Below are positions 25,770 through 28,533 of a DNA stretch of 28,533 bases, in pieces; within the stretch, counting starts at the first letter, position 1, and the number at the start of each line of letters is the position of its first letter. This stretch comes from a virus. Lineage: Duplodnaviria > Caudoviricetes. Under the pieces are notes generated by a model. That model searched no databases. It saw only the letters and a program-made list of their open reading frames with translations, and had not been told where the DNA came from. The DNA lies in the IMG/VR virus record IMGVR_UViG_3300033067_000676, positions 1-28,533 of that record; one strand, written 5' to 3'. A program made the translations under genes and the position numbers.

Positions 25770-26207
25770 ATGCAAAACTACAAATTCAAAATCGAAACAA
25801 AAAAGGAAACTGAAATCAGTATCAATCTACCAATGTATGTACGGTCCGAATACGGAACATTCATGTATGGTATCATCAGCGAAAATAACGTAATCGGTAT
25901 ATGTGCCGATTCCGTACATAAGTCAAGTGTAAAATCGGCACTTCAGGGTGATTACGCCATCATAACCGAAAAAGAATTTTGCGACAAATACAAAGAAGTT
26001 GCAACGAAAATCTATGATGACTGTGATAATTTTCTAAACGGTGTTGAAGATAGACGCCATGAGATATTATCAACCCCACTTCCTGACCACGATTACGGTG
26101 ACGAACAAAACATTGAGTTTGACCGATTCATGAGCAAGCAAAACGATTACCATGAACGCCAAAACGATGCACATGTATTTCGTGAGCCTGGCGATTCATT
26201 TTATTAA
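25770..26207 (+). CDS. hypothetical protein
   Basis: 145 aa, acidic C-terminus. Confidence 0.75.
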   Translation: MQNYKFKIETKKETEISINLPMYVRSEYGTFMYGIISENNVIGICADSVHKSSVKSALQGDYAIITEKEFCDKYKEVATKIYDDCDNFLNGVEDRRHEILSTPLPDHDYGDEQNIEFDRFMSKQNDYHERQNDAHVFREPGDSFY

Positions 26208-26288
26208 AAATCTTCAAGGTGGTGGGGCATACCTTAAACACCCCAAATTTTTAAAATCATTTAATCATTATAAAAACAAAATAACATC

Positions 26289-27143
26289 ATGTCAAATTTA
26301 AGAAAAGCCACAAGGCAAAAAGCAAAAATCAGATTAGGACTGTCAGCAGTAAGTGGTGGCGGTAAAACATACTCTGCTCTATTAATCGCATACGGTATCA
26401 CATCCGATTGGTCCAAAATAGTAGTTATAGACACTGAAAATAATAGTGCTGATTTGTACGCTCATTTAGGCGAATATTCAGTACTCCCACTGTCAGCACC
26501 TTATACACCTGAAAGATACATTGACGCCATTAAAGAGTGTGAAGGTGCAGGTATGGAAGTGATTATCATTGACAGCATTACCCACGAATGGGACGGTAAA
26601 GGTGGATGCCTACAGATTCAAGAGCAATTAGGCGGTAAGTATCAGGATTGGGCGAAAGTAACCCCACGTCATCAGGCGTTCATTGATGCTATTCTACAAA
26701 GTAAATGCCATGTGATTACAACAGTAAGACGTAAGCAAGATTACGAAATGACAAAAGATAGTGGCGGTAAAATGAAAGTTGAAAAAGCAGGATTGAAAGA
26801 GGTAACAAGAGAGGGTTTTGAATACGAATTAACTGCTAATCTTGAAATTGATGTACGTCACAATGCAACAGCGTCAAAAGATCGTACTGGTTTATTCATG
26901 GGGCAACCAGCATTCATCCCATCAATTGAAACAGGTCAAATGATTAAAGAATGGTGCGAATCGGGTGTAGATACTAATGTCATAATCAATGATGCAATCG
27001 CAAAGTTACAAAATTGCAACTCGGTTGAGGAATTGACGATGTTTAAATCGACACTCCCTGATTATGTAGTCAATACCAACGAGTTCAAGGATGCAGGTAA
27101 ATTACGATTTAACGAGATTAAAAACCAAGCGGTATCTGCATAA
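26289..27143 (+). CDS. AAA_24/Sak4-like P-loop ATPase (ssDNA annealing/recombination)
   Basis: Walker A AVSGGGKT, VVIDTE, Walker B IIIDSITHEW, GFEYE and KDRTGLF motifs. Confidence 0.85.
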   Translation: MSNLRKATRQKAKIRLGLSAVSGGGKTYSALLIAYGITSDWSKIVVIDTENNSADLYAHLGEYSVLPLSAPYTPERYIDAIKECEGAGMEVIIIDSITHEWDGKGGCLQIQEQLGGKYQDWAKVTPRHQAFIDAILQSKCHVITTVRRKQDYEMTKDSGGKMKVEKAGLKEVTREGFEYELTANLEIDVRHNATASKDRTGLFMGQPAFIPSIETGQMIKEWCESGVDTNVIINDAIAKLQNCNSVEELTMFKSTLPDYVVNTNEFKDAGKLRFNEIKNQAVSA

Positions 27144-27236
27144 TGGATAATATAATAATCAAAATCATAGATGATAAAGTAGTCGTCTACGACAGCATAT
27201 AAATCTTTACGGTCAGGCGTACTAAAAAAAATAGAA

Positions 27237-27743
27237 ATGAATAAATTAGAAATTGCATTAAAGAAAGGGTACCATGTTAGCAAGGATGGTAAATTGATTA
27301 ATCCAAATGGAGTTATTATATCGGGTAGCTTATCAAGTAATGGCTATTTAAAATTTAAGTTTACTTACAATGGAATTAAACAGGAAATGCCAGTTCACAG
27401 ACTTCAAGCGTTTCAAAAGTTTGGTACTAAATTATTTAATCAAGGGGTAGTCGTAAGGCATCTTAATAGTAACAAAACGGATAATAGCGAAGATAATATT
27501 TCCATAGGGAGCTATTCAGACAATGCTATGGATAGACCACTTGAACAGCGAAGGAAAATTTCAAGTATTGCCACAAGAAAGATTACTAAATATAATCACG
27601 ATAGTATTATGATTATTTACACATCGGTTGGGTACAATAAAACAATAGAGCAAGTTGGAATAAGTAAATGCGCCCTGAATCACATAATCAATAAGTATAA
27701 AAATCTTCAAGATGGCCATGCATCTTTAAATATCCTGGATTAG
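27237..27743 (+). CDS. HNH endonuclease (homing-endonuclease-like)
   Basis: GYL...VHRLQAFQKF...VVRHLNSNKTDNSEDNI....SDN (HNH_3 pattern); C-terminal HTH-like segment. Confidence 0.88.
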   Translation: MNKLEIALKKGYHVSKDGKLINPNGVIISGSLSSNGYLKFKFTYNGIKQEMPVHRLQAFQKFGTKLFNQGVVVRHLNSNKTDNSEDNISIGSYSDNAMDRPLEQRRKISSIATRKITKYNHDSIMIIYTSVGYNKTIEQVGISKCALNHIINKYKNLQDGHASLNILD

Positions 27744-27769
27744 TTCTTAGTGTTTTTAAAATTGAATGA

Positions 27770-27796
27770 TAGGGTGCCTCAAATTGGGGTACCCTA
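27770..27796 (+). other. 11-bp hairpin immediately 5' of the tRNA-like RNA
   Basis: TAGGGTGCCTC-AAATT-GGGGTACCCTA, two G-U pairs on +; no U-tail; ends 3 nt before G1. Confidence 0.7.
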
Positions 27797-27799
27797 AAC

Positions 27800-27905
27800 G
27801 GAGGGGTGGCGAAATGGTAGACGCGGCGCTCTGAGCTTCAGACGATTCGCAATTGAGAAATTGCGTTAGGTGCGTATTCTGCAGGTTCGATTCCTGCCCC
27901 CTCCA
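27800..27905 (+). ncRNA. tRNA-Leu-like RNA with a non-canonical, enlarged anticodon domain
   Basis: Acceptor GGAGGGG/CCCCTCC plus A73; D arm GCGAAATGGTAGACGC; T arm GCAGG-TTCGATT-CCTGC; 55 nt between position 26 and the T stem with no canonical anticodon stem-loop; followed by CCG, so CCA is not encoded. Confidence 0.85.
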
Positions 27906-28096
27906 CCGTTCCAGATGTAATAGTAAGAATGATAGACGTATTACATTAATGGATGTCTATACCTAAATGCTACAGGTCGAATTGGGTTAAGCAAATAACT
28001 CAAGAAAGCATAAAAAATATGCAGGCTGGCATACCCGAATGTATGCCACTTTTTAAACTTGTAACTTTTAAATTAAAATGGAAAAAGATATTAATT

Positions 28097-28324
28097 ATGG
28101 AAACTGAAGAAAGGGATGTAAAAGTAAAAATGAGTATTTGCCCCGAATGCGGTAACGCCATAAGAGTTGCTGTAGAACATACAATGGACACTAAAAGTAA
28201 GAATGAATTTGCAAAGGAAGTAATGAAACACGATTTACGGGTAAAGACTATTTCACTTGACGAATATCGTAGTTCAAATATTCAGATGTATTGTAAAGGT
28301 AATTGTTCAAGAAAAAAACTATAA
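28097..28324 (+). CDS. small putative zinc-binding protein
   Basis: Start likely ATG 28097 (A-rich leader) rather than 27953; CPEC...CKGNC. Confidence 0.65.
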   Translation: METEERDVKVKMSICPECGNAIRVAVEHTMDTKSKNEFAKEVMKHDLRVKTISLDEYRSSNIQMYCKGNCSRKKL

Positions 28325-28488
28325 TCCCATCCCGAAAAAACTAAAACATGAACCCAACATTGTCTACAACCTACCCATTAAGCCAATTAGCGAACTATCC
28401 AAGACGCTCAAAAGCGCAAAACACCCACTTAAAACAGTATGCGTCTTTAAAATTAGAATAAAAAACAAACCTCAATTTTTAATTAATC

Positions 28489-28533
28489 ATGAACCAGCCT
28501 ACCCTATTTGACAAAATCTACTACAACACAACT
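28489..28533 (+). CDS. 5' end of a hypothetical protein (partial)
   Basis: MNQPTLFDKIYYNTT runs off the window edge; A/T-rich leader. Confidence 0.5.
   Translation, partial: MNQPTLFDKIYYNTT

Noticed and set aside
27831-27847. CT-TCA-GA as a Sec or opal-suppressor anticodon loop
   Set aside because: The flanks CTGAG/CGATT do not form a stem, the acceptor is 7 bp with Leu-type features, and genes here use TGA as a normal stop.
27953-28096. N-terminal 48 aa of the 123-aa ORF
   Set aside because: ATG 28097 has the typical A-rich leader and gives a compact Cys-motif protein; the extension is unsupported.
326-28191. The other minus-strand and nested ORFs in the track (e.g. 11275-11796, 12973-13350, 22530-22895)
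   Set aside because: They overlap well-supported + strand genes and have no recognisable motifs.
28257-28511. 84-aa ORF, and an alternative 37-aa ORF from 28348
   Set aside because: The 84-aa ORF overlaps both neighbours, and I cannot decide from sequence which frame, if any, is real.

Overview
A 28.5-kb segment of an AT-rich tailed dsDNA phage or prophage. A tape-measure gene with no sheath gene suggests siphovirus morphology. The host is very probably a Bacteroidota: promoters match TTTG-N19-21-TAnnTTTG, leaders are A-rich with no Shine-Dalgarno, and signal peptides end in ...AQ/...GQ. Almost all genes are on the + strand. Order: terS, terL, two inserted hypotheticals, portal, HK97-type prohead protease, major capsid, head-tail and tail genes, tape measure, distal tail proteins, fibre-like proteins, holin-like genes and an SH3b-CHAP endolysin. 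An early region follows, with an XRE/HTH pair, small ORFs, a Sak4-like AAA ATPase, an HNH endonuclease and a tRNA-like RNA. No integrase, polymerase, reverse transcriptase or CRISPR array is visible. Main oddities: (1) a 106-nt RNA with a perfect tRNA-Leu acceptor, D and T arms whose anticodon loop is replaced by a branched two-hairpin domain; (2) three proteins in the morphogenesis operon, including an obvious tail fibre, that start with Sec-type signal peptides; (3) several promoter-terminator mini-units that would make small or cis-antisense RNAs over translation-initiation regions; (4) a lone antisense lipoprotein gene with its own promoter inside the tail module; (5) a DnaA-box, stacked-promoter control region. 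Product calls come from motifs and synteny read by eye; no database searches were run.
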